From NCBI GenBank assembly GCA_963846575.1, contig CAWJWJ010000002.1:1792001-1856000 (forward strand): a stretch of 64,000 nucleotides of DNA, read 5' to 3'. Shown here one piece after another: positions 42,373-53,317 of this stretch (its first letter is position 1; each line of letters begins with the position of its first letter). Source of the stretch: an uncultured Nitrospiraceae bacterium. Its GTDB lineage: Bacteria; Nitrospirota; Nitrospiria; Nitrospirales; Nitrospiraceae. Made by a program: the position numbers and the translations under genes. The notes beneath the pieces are model-generated. The model saw only the letters and a program-made list of their open reading frames with translations. It did not search any database and had not been told where the DNA came from.

Positions 42373-45300
42373 GTGGCATCTCAATTCGTCCATCTGCATC
42401 TGCATACCCAATATAGCCTGCTCGACGGCGCCAACCAGATCGACCCCCTGATGCAACAGGTGAAGGCGTTCGGTCAACCGGCTGTCGCGATGACCGATCA
42501 TGGCAATATGTTCGGTGCGGTGGAATTTTATCGCAAAGCGAAGGAAGCCGGGGTCAAACCCATCATCGGGTGCGAAGCCTATATGGCTCCGGGTAGCCGG
42601 CTCGAAAAGAATTCACACCTTGCGCACAACGACTACTACCATCTGATTCTGCTCGCCACAAACCTCAAGGGATACCAGAATCTCATCAAGCTGGTAAGCA
42701 AAGCATACCTTGAAGGGTTCTATTACAAGCCACGGATGGATAAGGAAATTCTCCAGCAACACCATGAAGGGTTGATCGGACTGTCAGGTTGTCTCAGCGG
42801 GGAAGTGGCCTATCTGATCGGGCAGAAGGATTTGGCAGGTGCCACGCAAGCGGCTGGAGAGTATCGCGAGATCTTCGGGAAGGATAACTATTACCTGGAA
42901 CTTCAGGCCAATGGTCTTGAGCATCAACGCATTGCCAACGACGGACTCCTGGAGATCCATAAAAAGCTCGGGATCCCGCTCGCCGGCACCAACGATTGCC
43001 ACTACCTGAAGAAAGAAGATTCGCGGCCGCATGACCTCATGCTCTGCTTGCAGACCGGGAAGACCATCAACGATCCCAATCGGATGAAGTTCGATACGGA
43101 CCAACTCTACGTGAAATCCACGGACCAGGCGTTGGCGGAATTCAAGGAAATGCCGTCGGCCGTGTCGAATACCGTCCGGATCGCGGAAGCTTGCACCCTC
43201 GACCTCGCGCTCAACAAAACGTACCTGCCGCAGTTCAAGGTGCCGGAAGGGTTCACGCGCGAAACCTACGTGGAACAGCTGGCCATGGAAGGCTTGAGCG
43301 CGCGCCTGAAAGAGCGCCCGAGCCCGATTCCGGAGCTGGCCTACCAAGTCCGCCTGACGGAAGAACTGACGGTCATCTGCTCGATGGGATTCGCCGGCTA
43401 CTTTCTCATCGTGTGGGACATCATCAAGTTCGCCCGCTCGCGCGGCATTCCCGTCGGACCGGGCCGCGGCTCCGCCGCCGGCAGCCTCGTGGCCTACGCC
43501 CTCCGTATCACCGATCTCGATCCGCTGGTGTACTCGCTGCTTGTTCGAGCGTTTCTTGAATCCCGAGCGCGTCTCCCTCCCCGATATCGACATGGACTTC
43601 TGCATGGATCGCCGGGATGAGGTGATCAACTACGTCATCGACAAGTACGGCAAGGATCACGTCGCGCAGATCATCACGTTCGGCACCTCGGGGCCAAGGC
43701 AGCCATTCGCGACGTCGGCCGCGTGCTTGGAAATGCCCTATGCCGAGGTCGATCGCGTCGCCAAGCTCGTACCCGACGATTTGAACGATGACGCTCGACA
43801 GGCGCTCGAACAGGAACCGCGTCTGCGCGATCTCGTCGACAACCGACCCGAAGGTGAAGGAACTGATGTCCGTGGCGCAGTCGCTCGAAGGCCTCGCGCG
43901 CCATGCCTCCACCCACGCGGCGGGCGTCGTCATCTCCGATCAGGCCCGCTCACGGAACACGTGCCGCTCTACAAAGGCGCCAAGGATGAAATCGTCACCC
44001 AATACTCGATGGGTGACGTCGAAAAGATCGGTCTCGTCAAATTCGATTTTCTGGGGTTCAAGACCCTGACGATGATTCAAACGTGCGGAAGTGCTGATGA
44101 ATGAGGGACATCCCGATCGGCCACCGCTGGTCCGTCGAGCAACTGTCCGTTCGACGACCCCAAGACCTTCGCGCTGCTCTCGTCGGGTAAGACCACCGGC
44201 GTGTTCCAGTTGGAAAGTTCCGGCATGCGCGATCTGCTGATCGGACTCAAGCCGGACCGGTTCGAGGACATCATCGCCATCATTGCGCTCTATCGTCCCG
44301 GTCCGATGGACCTCATTCCCGGACTTCATCAAACGCAAGCAGGGCAAGATCCCGATCGCCTATGAGACGCCTGAACTCGAACCGATCCTGAAGGACACCT
44401 ACGGCGTCATCGTCTACCAGGAACAGGTGATGGCCATCGCCAACAAGGTGGCCGGCTTCTCGCTCGGCCAAGCCGACATTCTCCGCCGCGCGATGGGCAA
44501 GAAGAAGCCGGAGGAGATGGAAAAGCTCCGCGTCGCAGTTCCTGGCCGGCGCCAAGGCGAAAAAGATTCCCGAGAAGAAGGCCGACAAGCTCTACGAACT
44601 GATCCAGAAGTTTGCGGGTACGGGTTCAACAAGTCCCACGCGGCGGCCTATGCCGTCGTCTGTTACCACACGGCCTATTTCAAGGCGCACTATCCGACCG
44701 AGTTCATGGCGTCTTGATGACGACCGACATGGGCAACGCCGACAAGATCGTCGGGTATTTCACGGAATGCCGCGACCTCGGCATTCACGTCCTGCCGCCG
44801 GACGTGAACAGAGCCACAAGCACTTCACGGTGGTGAACAACGCCATTCGATTCGGCATGGCCGCCATCAAGAACGTCGGCGAGGGCGCCGTCGAATCGAT
44901 CATCGACGTTCGCAATGAGACGGGCCCCTTCAGGTCCTTCTTCGATCTGTTTCGCCGGGTCGATCTTGCGCAAAGTTGAACAAGCGCATGATCGAAGGGC
45001 TGATCAAGACCGGCGCGTTTGATTCCATGGGCGGCCAACGCTCGCAATATCTGGCCGTCCTCGATCAAGCCGTGGATGAAGGCACGAGCATTCAAAAGGA
45101 ACGCGCTCGCGGCCAGACCAGTATCTTCGGCGACGAGATGGACGGGCGCCGCAGACGCTCGCGGAACCGACCCTGCCGATGTCCCGGAGTGGAGTCAGGG
45201 CGAGCTGTTGAAATACGAGCGGGAACTGACCGGCTTCTATATTCGTGCCCACCCGCTGGCCCGCTACGAGGCGACAATCCAGCTGTTCGCCAACAGCCAC

Positions 45301-45834
45301 GACCATGCAAATCCGCCGACGTGCCTGATGGACGCGAAGTAAAGCTTTGCGGCATCGTCACGACGGTCAAATCGATGCTCACAAAGAAGGGCGACCGGAT
45401 GGCCTACGTGACGCTCGAGGATCTACACGGCGTCGTAGAGAGTGATAGTCTTTCCCGATCTCTATCGCGACCATGCCGACATGATCGTGCCCGAACGGGT
45501 GGTGCGCCTGACAGGCACGGTGGATCGCGGAGACAAAGGGACCAAGTTTCGCGGGAGTAAAATTGAACCGTTGGCCGAGCTGCAGAACACAGGGATTTCG
45601 CGAGTCATGATTCGCTTGAACGCCGGCCCAACCGCCTCCACCAGGCTCCCGATGCTCCGGCAGGTCTTCCAGAAACACCCCGGCTCCTCGACCGTCTCCC
45701 TCATCATGGGATTGGGGGAAACCATCGAAGCCCGGACCTCGCCGCTTCCGAACGTGAAGATTACGCCCAGCGAGCATTTCGTCGCAGATATCGAGGAAGT
45801 GCTAGGCAAGGGCGCCATCACTTTGGTAACCTAG
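42373..45834 (+). CDS. dnaE: DNA polymerase III alpha subunit; many frameshifts after ~43540, probably sequence errors
   Basis: [55 protein letters not shown] fold; motifs spread over shifting frames. Confidence 0.95.
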
Positions 45835-45871
45835 GCGGGCTCGGACCACACCCTTAAGGGGGTTCACCAGT

Positions 45872-46844
45872 ATGAGAGATTACCTCGACTTTGAAAAACC
45901 GATCCGCGAGCTCGAAGAAAAGATCGAGAAGCTCGCGTCCGCCGAATCGCCCGAAATCCGGCACGCAAGACGAAATCCGCAAGCTTCGGACGAAACTCGC
46001 TCAGGTCGAACATCAGCTCTACAGCGGCCTGACTCCCTGGCAGCGCACCCAATTGGCCCGCCATCCCCAGCGGCCCAGCGACGCTCGACTACATCCATGA
46101 GCTGTCCCGTGACTTTCTTGAACTTCATGGCGACCGCAATTTCGGTGACGACCGCGCCATTGTGGGAGGCTTCGCCCGGTTCAACGACCGATCGGTCATG
46201 GTCATCGGCCATCAAAAGGGGAAGACGCTCAAGGAACGCATGCAGCGGAATTTCGGCATGCCCAACCCGGAAGGTTATCGCAAGGCGTTACGGCTCATGC
46301 GGCTGGCGGAGAAATTCGGCCGTCCGATCGTCACGTTGATCGATACCCCCGGCGCCTATCCCGGCATCGGCGCCGAGGAGCGCGGACAGGCCGAAGCGAT
46401 CGCCAGGAATCTGTTCGTCATGTCGCGGCTCGACGTGCCCATCATCTCCGTGGTGATCGGAGAAGGCGGCAGCGGCGGCGCCCTCGCGTTGGGTGTGCGC
46501 GACCGCATCCTCATGCTGGAACATTCGGTCTATTCGGTCATTTCTCCGGAAGGCTGCGCGGCCATTCTCTATGGGACGATCCGACCAAGGTGCCGGATGC
46601 GGCGGCCTCGCTGAAGATGACCGCACAAGACCTGGTCGGACTCGGTATCGTCGATGAAGTGATTCCTGAACCGCTCGGCGGGGCCCACCGGGACCCCCGG
46701 GCCATGTCCGACCGGGTCGCGAAAGCGCTCACGAATCAATTGTATGGCTTGGTCGAACTTCCCACGGAACAACTCATCACGCAGCGCGATCAGAAGTTCC
46801 GGAAGATGGGCGTGGTCGGCGGACTCGTTCCCGCTGCAGTCTAA
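45872..46844 (+). CDS. accA: Acetyl-CoA carboxylase carboxyltransferase alpha; frameshifted, probably sequence errors
   Basis: [48 protein letters not shown] across several frames. Confidence 0.95.
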
Positions 46845-46934
46845 CCCTCGAATCTCTTCTCTCCCGCCTCTCCGTTCCTGACGATCTGAGCGACGTCCGC
46901 TCAGCAACTCTCACGACAGGGCGTGGCTTGAGCC

Positions 46935-47525
46935 TCAGCGGCTGCTGCCGACCTGCGCCGGGGCAAGCAACGTGAGCTCGAGAAACCGGGCTTCGATGCC
47001 GGCCAGGATATGGCTGCGTAACGCGGCACGGTAGGGAGCCAGGGAATCATCCCGGAGATAACGATCAAGGGTCCGCGGAAGTTTTTTCCACCAGCTCCTG
47101 GCGGCGTCCCGAGCCTGTTGCGCTCCGGGATCTCCGCGTTCCAGGATGACCGACAGTTCCTTCGCGAAGAATCCGACATGTAGCAGCTCGTCCGCCAGAA
47201 TTTCCGACAAGTCCGGCCGCAAGCGAGCCAGGAGCAGCGCGAATTCTAACCCCAGCGCCTCATAACCAAACAAGGCCACCGCGAGGATTTCCCATTGGGT
47301 AGGCACAGTTGGGAGGGTCGCAGGCCGCTGCGACGTCGCTCCGAGCAGGCCTTCGAATTGCCGGAGATGATCCTGCTCGTCGGTTTCATGGCGCTGGAGG
47401 AACGTCTGCACGTGCCGGGGAACGGCCTGCAATTGGGCAGCCCGCACGGCCCACAACGCCATCGCCTCGGCGCGCAGAAACCGTTCGAGTAAGGCTCGTT
47501 CGCAAGTTGGCGGCAGGTGGACCAT
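46935..47525 (-). CDS. Ferritin-like (di-iron four-helix bundle) hypothetical protein
   Basis: E...DEQDH...E...DELLH pattern. Confidence 0.65.
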   Translation of the reverse strand: MVHLPPTCERALLERFLRAEAMALWAVRAAQLQAVPRHVQTFLQRHETDEQDHLRQFEGLLGATSQRPATLPTVPTQWEILAVALFGYEALGLEFALLLARLRPDLSEILADELLHVGFFAKELSVILERGDPGAQQARDAARSWWKKLPRTLDRYLRDDSLAPYRAALRSHILAGIEARFLELTLLAPAQVGSSR

Positions 47526-47532
47526 GATGGAA

Positions 47533-47733
47533 TCAGAGTTCGTCCGGCGGATCCAATGGACCGGCCCATTGCCCCTTGGTCAGTCCCACTTCTTGGGACG
47601 TGCCGTCGGGCCATTGAAAATACCCGACTTCGTCGACGAAGAGAATCAAAAGTTCCGTGTCTTCTTCAAGACCGCGCCACCAATACCATCCCGCCGTCTT
47701 CGGCTTGTCATCCGTCCACAACAGTCGTTCCAT
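47533..47733 (-). CDS. Small Trp-rich hypothetical protein (66 aa)
   Basis: WTDDKPKTAGWYWWR...WAGPL; 7-nt gap to the next gene. Confidence 0.65.
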   Translation of the reverse strand: MERLLWTDDKPKTAGWYWWRGLEEDTELLILFVDEVGYFQWPDGTSQEVGLTKGQWAGPLDPPDEL

Positions 47734-47827
47734 CACTACCTGATTCCTTCGCTCATTCAACCGTCGGCGGACGGAGGCCGTTTCTGATACAGTCTGGTCC
47801 AAGTTCAATCGTCGCGCGCACCCTACC

Positions 47828-50326
47828 ATGGACCGACTACCAATAGAAGAGGCGATCCGCCCTCTGCGAGAGGCCCTGTCCGCAGGACGATCTGCCCTGC
47901 TCACCGCGCAACCGGGAGCGGGCAAGACCACGCGCGTCCCGCTGGCGCTGCTCGATCAACCCTGGTTGGCCGGACAGAAGCTGGTGCTGCTGGAGCCCCG
48001 GCGTCTCGCGGCACGTGCCGCCGCAACTTACATGGCAGGGCTCTTAGGCGAGCCTCTCGGCAGGACGGTCGGGTATCGTATTCGTCACGATACCAGGATT
48101 GGACCAGGCACGCGTATCGAAGTGGTGACGGAAGGCATCCTCACTCGATTGCTCCAGCAGGATCCATCACTCGCCGGGTATGGCCTCGTCATCTTCGATG
48201 AATTTCATGAACGGAGCCTGCAGGCCGATCTGGGCCTGGCCTTCGCGCGAGAGTCCCAGCGGCTGTTCCGGCCGGACCTTCGGCTGCTGGTCATGTCGGC
48301 CACGTTGGATAGTGCTGCCGTGTCGCGCCTGCTGCAGGATGCCCGGAGCATCTCCTGCGAGGGCCGGCTCTTCCCGGTCAGCACGCAGTATCTCGACCAG
48401 CCGATCGAAGGCCACCTCGAACCGGCGGTCGTACGAAGCATCCGCCTCGCCCTGACCCGCGATGAGGGAAGCCTGCTGGTCTTTCTCCCCGGCCTGGCGG
48501 AGATCCGACGGGTCGAACGCTCCCTTCGAGAGGCGTCACTGGGTCCCGAAATCCACATCGCGCCGCTGCATGGGGAACTGCCGCAGGAGGCACAAGAGCA
48601 GGCCATTCTTCCGGCACCGGCAGGCCGGCGAAAAATCGTGCTCGCCACGTCCATTGCCGAAACCAGTTTGACCATCGAGGGCGTGCGGGTCGTAATCGAT
48701 GCCGGCCTGATGCGGGTACCGCGCTTCGATCCCCGCTCAGGGTTGACGCGCCTCGACACGATTCGCATTACGCAAGATGCCGCTGATCAGCGGCGCGGGC
48801 GCGCCGGTCGATTGGAACCGGGAACCTGTTATCGCCTCTGGACGACCGCCGAACATCAGGCGCTCCTTCCGCGCCGGCCGCCGGAAATTCTTGAAGCCGA
48901 CCTCACTCCCTTGGCGCTGGACCTGGCGGAGTGGGGCATAGGCGATGCGACGGAGCTTTCCTGGCTCGATCCGCCTCCCGCCGGCGCGCTGGCCCAGGCC
49001 CGCGACCTGCTCCGGCAACTCGGGGCACTCCACTCGGATGGATCGCTCACCCCGCACGGCCGGCGTCTGGCGCATGTCACGGTCCATCCCCGGCTGGCCC
49101 ACATGATGGTGTCGGCCCTGCCGCTCGGCTGCGGGCCGCTGGCTTGCGACCTTGCGGCGCTTCTCAGCGAGCGTGACATTCTGCAGGGCAGGCCGGGATG
49201 GCGGAATGCCGATTTGCGCATCAGGGTCGAAGCGTTGCGGGGCGGGAGGGAACATCTGGCGGGAGCGACGGTCAACCGGGCGGGGATCGAACGCGTGCGC
49301 CGGGCCTCCGACCAATGGCAGCGCCAACTGCAGGTGCCCCCTTCGTCGCGCGAGGACACCGGACGGATGGGCCTCCTGCTCGCCTTCGCCTACCCCGACC
49401 GCATCGCGCAGCGGCTCTCCGGGGGCGATGGGCGCTATCGGTTAAGTAACGGTCGCGGCGCGTCCTTTCACACTGTGCAAGGACTGTCCCAGGACGAATA
49501 TCTGGCCGTGGCGCAGCTCGACGGCAGCGGAGAATGGGCACGTATTCTTCTTGCCGCGCCCCTGTCGCTTCCGGACCTGGAGCGATATGCCGCGGATAAG
49601 ATTCAGAACGTAGACCTGCTGGAATGGGACGACCGGTCGGAGGCAGTGCGCGCCAGGCGGCAGCGGCGGCTCGGACAACTCGTCCTCGATGATCGCGGAC
49701 TGCATGATCCGGATTCCACCCAAGTCAGGGCGGCCCTCCTCAACGGCCTCCGGCGTACAGGACTGGCCCGCCTGCCCTGGACGAAGGATCTGCAGCAATG
49801 GCGGCGACGTGTCGGGTTTCTCCATCTCGTCGATCCCTCCTGGCCGGACCTGTCTGACCAGGCGCTTGAGACAGACCTTGCCGGCTGGTTGGGTCCCTTT
49901 CTTCATGGCCTGACCAGTTTCGCGCAGGTGCGACGCCTGGATCTCCGCCCGCCGCTCGAAAGCCTACTGACGTGGCAACAGCGGCACGAACTGGATCGCC
50001 TCGCACCCACCCACCTCACCGTGCCGAGCGGCTCGCACGTGCGGCTGGACTACGAACAGGGTGACGTGCCGGTCCTGGCGGTGCGATTGCAGGAACTGTT
50101 CGGCTGCCAGCACACGCCGCTGGTCGCCGGCGGCACGGTGCCGGTCATCCTTCATCTGCTGTCGCCAGCGGGACGGCCCGTCCAGGTCACCACAGACTTG
50201 ACGAGCTTCTGGCGTTCGGCCTACCAAGCAGTCAAAAAAGAACTCCGAGGCCGTTACCCTCGCCATCACTGGCCCGACGATCCCCTCACGGCCCCGCCCA
50301 CGAACCGGACGAAACGACGCACCTGA
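47828..50326 (+). CDS. hrpB: ATP-dependent RNA helicase HrpB
   Basis: GAGKTT, DEFHER, MSAT, QRRGRAGR, GRYPRHHWPDDP. Confidence 0.97.
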   Translation: MDRLPIEEAIRPLREALSAGRSALLTAQPGAGKTTRVPLALLDQPWLAGQKLVLLEPRRLAARAAATYMAGLLGEPLGRTVGYRIRHDTRIGPGTRIEVVTEGILTRLLQQDPSLAGYGLVIFDEFHERSLQADLGLAFARESQRLFRPDLRLLVMSATLDSAAVSRLLQDARSISCEGRLFPVSTQYLDQPIEGHLEPAVVRSIRLALTRDEGSLLVFLPGLAEIRRVERSLREASLGPEIHIAPLHGELPQEAQEQAILPAPAGRRKIVLATSIAETSLTIEGVRVVIDAGLMRVPRFDPRSGLTRLDTIRITQDAADQRRGRAGRLEPGTCYRLWTTAEHQALLPRRPPEILEADLTPLALDLAEWGIGDATELSWLDPPPAGALAQARDLLRQLGALHSDGSLTPHGRRLAHVTVHPRLAHMMVSALPLGCGPLACDLAALLSERDILQGRPGWRNADLRIRVEALRGGREHLAGATVNRAGIERVRRASDQWQRQLQVPPSSREDTGRMGLLLAFAYPDRIAQRLSGGDGRYRLSNGRGASFHTVQGLSQDEYLAVAQLDGSGEWARILLAAPLSLPDLERYAADKIQNVDLLEWDDRSEAVRARRQRRLGQLVLDDRGLHDPDSTQVRAALLNGLRRTGLARLPWTKDLQQWRRRVGFLHLVDPSWPDLSDQALETDLAGWLGPFLHGLTSFAQVRRLDLRPPLESLLTWQQRHELDRLAPTHLTVPSGSHVRLDYEQGDVPVLAVRLQELFGCQHTPLVAGGTVPVILHLLSPAGRPVQVTTDLTSFWRSAYQAVKKELRGRYPRHHWPDDPLTAPPTNRTKRRT

Positions 50327-50847
50327 AATTGCCTGATTGGTCGGCCGACATGAGAGGCGACCCACCGACGGGTCGCAGGTGCGCCTGACGATATTCGTCC
50401 ATGAAATCTGGCCGCTGACATCCGCCTCGCTTCAACCGGCACAGGCTGACGCTGGTGAATCTTACAGTCCTGCGAAGGACGACGAGAGCGACCAACGTAG
50501 TCACCCCTTTTCGCCTGCTCTCGTTTCCTCATCACGAGTCCGGCCAGCGACCGCGCAGATGCCTTCGATAATCACGCGCAGTGATCCTGCACCTCGCATT
50601 TCCCATCCACTTGAAATACCAGGTCATACAGACACCCGCACGAGCCACAATTAATTTTCAGACGGTAGGACGCTTTACCTTGACGGGAAGGCCTTAGGTG
50701 ATAGTCTTGATTCAGCACAGCATATCGCTACTCTCCTGAACGACGGGCAGGCGCCGTGACCCAATCGAGCGCATCCCTCCCCCACTTACCGATCTCCCAG
50801 GTAGACATCGTCTAGCCCCGCTGCGGGACGGACACCTCCACACCATC

Positions 50848-51171
50848 ATGGACCAACAACGCCAGCAATACCGGATACCGATCGAACGGACCGGGCACCT
50901 CACACGTGACGGGCAGACGCATGAATGTCATGTGTCGGATCTCACGGAACAGGGTTTTCAAGTGCGGACGGAACTGCCGCTCGTGGTGGGAGACATGCTT
51001 CACCTCGTCTGCCAACTCGATGCCCGCAGCTGGGTGGACTGTGACATTCAGGTCACCCATGCCCGCCCGCCCCTCTTCGGAAGCCGCATCGCCGAGATCT
51101 CGCCGGAACAGCGGGAGCGGCTCTCACGCTTCATTGACCATGTCATCACCTTGACCATGATGGGTCTGTAA
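50848..51171 (+). CDS. Stand-alone PilZ domain protein
   Basis: RQQYR (RxxxR) and DLTEQG motifs, 107 aa. Confidence 0.8.
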   Translation: MDQQRQQYRIPIERTGHLTRDGQTHECHVSDLTEQGFQVRTELPLVVGDMLHLVCQLDARSWVDCDIQVTHARPPLFGSRIAEISPEQRERLSRFIDHVITLTMMGL

Positions 51172-51173
51172 CG

Positions 51174-52124
51174 ATGCATCAGGAGTACGACCCCCTGCCA
51201 GGACCCAACGCTCAGCGGCACGTCCAATGGCGGCCCGTCCTCTGTCTGGTGGGGGTCATCCTGCTGGTGAGCTCCATCACACCGGCGATCAAATACACGT
51301 TCCAGCACAGCACCATTGATTTCCTGGAGCTGGCTTCCTTTCGAATCGTAATTGGATTTCTGGTTCTCGCGGGCATCACCAGCTGGGTCGATCTTCGCGG
51401 CTTACGCTCCTTGACCCGATATCAGGTACTGCAACTCACCCTGCTGGGACTGCTGGGCGTCGGCGCCTATCCCGTCGGGGCGTATGGACTGGCCTATACC
51501 AGCGTCACACACTTCGCGATCATTTATAGCCTGCTCCCGACCTTCACCACCCTCATCAGCATAGGCTGCCGAACCGACCATGCCAATGCCGTAACCATTT
51601 CAGGCCTGTTGGTCTCCTGGGCGGGCTGCTTGCTCGCCGTCACGGGCGGACTCTCCCAATCGGACATGCGACTGGGGAGCGGCGATGCCCTCGCCCTGCT
51701 CTTTACGTTGATGATGTCCTGCTATCTCGTACTGAGCCCGAACCTCGTCAAACGATTCGGGGTCTGGACCGCCAACACCACCATGTTCGGCGCGGTGTCC
51801 TTCATCATCCTTGCCGGCGAGGCCGCCAGGGGCACGGCACCGCATGTGGTCTTCCCGTTGACCGTCATGGGTCTGCTCCTGTTCATCGGCTCGGCCACGG
51901 CCGGTGTGTTCCTCTTACGGACCCGTGCGTTGCAATCGCTCACCCCAGGCGTGGTCGGCGCGTATCACAATCTGATTCCGGTCTGCACCATCGGCCTCGC
52001 CTATCTCTTCCTGAATGAATCGGTGACGATGACCACACTCGTGGGGGCCGCCGCCGTGGTGGCCGGCACGGAATTGGTACGGCGCGCGCCGCTGATGACC
52101 TGCCGCGCAGTCCGGTCAACGTAG
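51174..52124 (+). CDS. DMT/EamA family transporter
   Basis: ~10 TM segments in two EamA-like repeats. Confidence 0.88.
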   Translation: MHQEYDPLPGPNAQRHVQWRPVLCLVGVILLVSSITPAIKYTFQHSTIDFLELASFRIVIGFLVLAGITSWVDLRGLRSLTRYQVLQLTLLGLLGVGAYPVGAYGLAYTSVTHFAIIYSLLPTFTTLISIGCRTDHANAVTISGLLVSWAGCLLAVTGGLSQSDMRLGSGDALALLFTLMMSCYLVLSPNLVKRFGVWTANTTMFGAVSFIILAGEAARGTAPHVVFPLTVMGLLLFIGSATAGVFLLRTRALQSLTPGVVGAYHNLIPVCTIGLAYLFLNESVTMTTLVGAAAVVAGTELVRRAPLMTCRAVRST

Positions 52125-52253
52125 TCCTTCTCCCTCATGCATTGCCCCACGCGAAAGGGCGGCGAGCCGGAACGAGTCTGCGCTTGCTAATGTCCGGCAA
52201 TTCGAGCATTCTTGCGGAGTCTTATCCCGACCCGTACGACCGGCGAACTTCTC

Positions 52254-52802
52254 ATGGACCACTTCGCAATCGTCACCGCCTTCGGCCAGGATCGTCCCGG
52301 CATCGTCGCCCTGATGGCGGATAGCCTCTACCAACTCGGCTGTAACATCGAAGACACCTGCATGACGCGACTACGTGGAGAGTTCACCATGATGCTGATG
52401 GTGAGGCTCCCAGAGGCGACGGATGCCGAGACCCTGGGTCGCCGGTTGACGCCCGCTACCAGCCGGCTCGACCTGACCGTGTTATGCAGGGCATTGCCCG
52501 ACCAGGCCGCAGCCAGGCATCCGGCGCTGGAGGTGCCGACATTCATGCTGTCAGTGTATGGTGCCGACCATCCGGGGATCGTGGCACAGGTGGCCCGCAC
52601 GGTCGCTCAGCACGAGGGGAACATCACCGATATGAATACACGGGTCATCGGCTCGGGAAGGCTGCCCGTCTACGTCATGGTCCTGGAGATACAACTGAAG
52701 GAACCGCAGCAGGCTGAACGGCTCGGGCAGGCCCTTGAGCAACTCAAGCCGCTCCTGGGTGTCGACCTGACCTTTCGCCCCCTCGAGAGCGTCACCTTCT
52801 GA
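52254..52802 (+). CDS. Tandem ACT-domain protein (GcvR-like)
   Basis: GQDRPGIVA...GCNIED and GADHPGIVA...GNITD. Confidence 0.88.
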   Translation: MDHFAIVTAFGQDRPGIVALMADSLYQLGCNIEDTCMTRLRGEFTMMLMVRLPEATDAETLGRRLTPATSRLDLTVLCRALPDQAAARHPALEVPTFMLSVYGADHPGIVAQVARTVAQHEGNITDMNTRVIGSGRLPVYVMVLEIQLKEPQQAERLGQALEQLKPLLGVDLTFRPLESVTF

Positions 52803-52804
52803 CC

Positions 52805-53317
52805 GTGGCTATCTGTCCGATCCTTCCCTATCCCCATCCGGCACTCAAATCCACCAACGCACCCGTCGTTCCGTCCGATCCGGCGACACAGCCCGTGATC
52901 CGAGACCTTCTCGACACCCTCGAGGCATCGCCCGGCGTCGCGCTGGCCGCGCCGCAGATCGGACATGCCGTGCAGATCATCGTAGTAGATGTAGCCAGGA
53001 AAAAAGGCATGACGGGGCATGGGCTGGTCGTGCTGATGAACCCTGTCATTCTGGCGCACGAAGGCGGAAAGATCGTCCGCGAAGGGTGCCTGAGCGTGCC
53101 GGACTACACGGGAAATGTGCTGCGATACGAACGGGCGATCGTGGAGGGTGTGGGGGCCGACGGCCGCCTCGTGACGCTGACGACCTGCGGATTCGAAGCC
53201 TTGGCCTTCCAGCATGAGGTGGACCATTTGAAGGGGATGCTCTTCCTCGATCGCATCCAGTCGCTCAGCACGGACCTGTTCAGACGGAAACCACCGGACG
53301 GAAACCGAGGGGCTTGA
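52805..53317 (+). CDS. def: Peptide deformylase
   Basis: GVALAAPQIG, EGCLS, HEVDH. Confidence 0.96.
   Translation: MAICPILPYPHPALKSTNAPVVPSDPATQPVIRDLLDTLEASPGVALAAPQIGHAVQIIVVDVARKKGMTGHGLVVLMNPVILAHEGGKIVREGCLSVPDYTGNVLRYERAIVEGVGADGRLVTLTTCGFEALAFQHEVDHLKGMLFLDRIQSLSTDLFRRKPPDGNRGA

Noticed and set aside
42373..46844. dnaE/accA as true pseudogenes, or as split, intein-containing or programmed-frameshift genes
   Set aside because: There are too many scattered single-base indels with intact motifs, no inserted intein, and the genes are essential. A sequencing or assembly error is more parsimonious.
50327..50847. Short ORFs or an ncRNA in the 520-bp gap after hrpB
   Set aside because: No convincing RBS, protein motif or recognisable RNA structure; only a weak promoter-like TTGACG near 50680.
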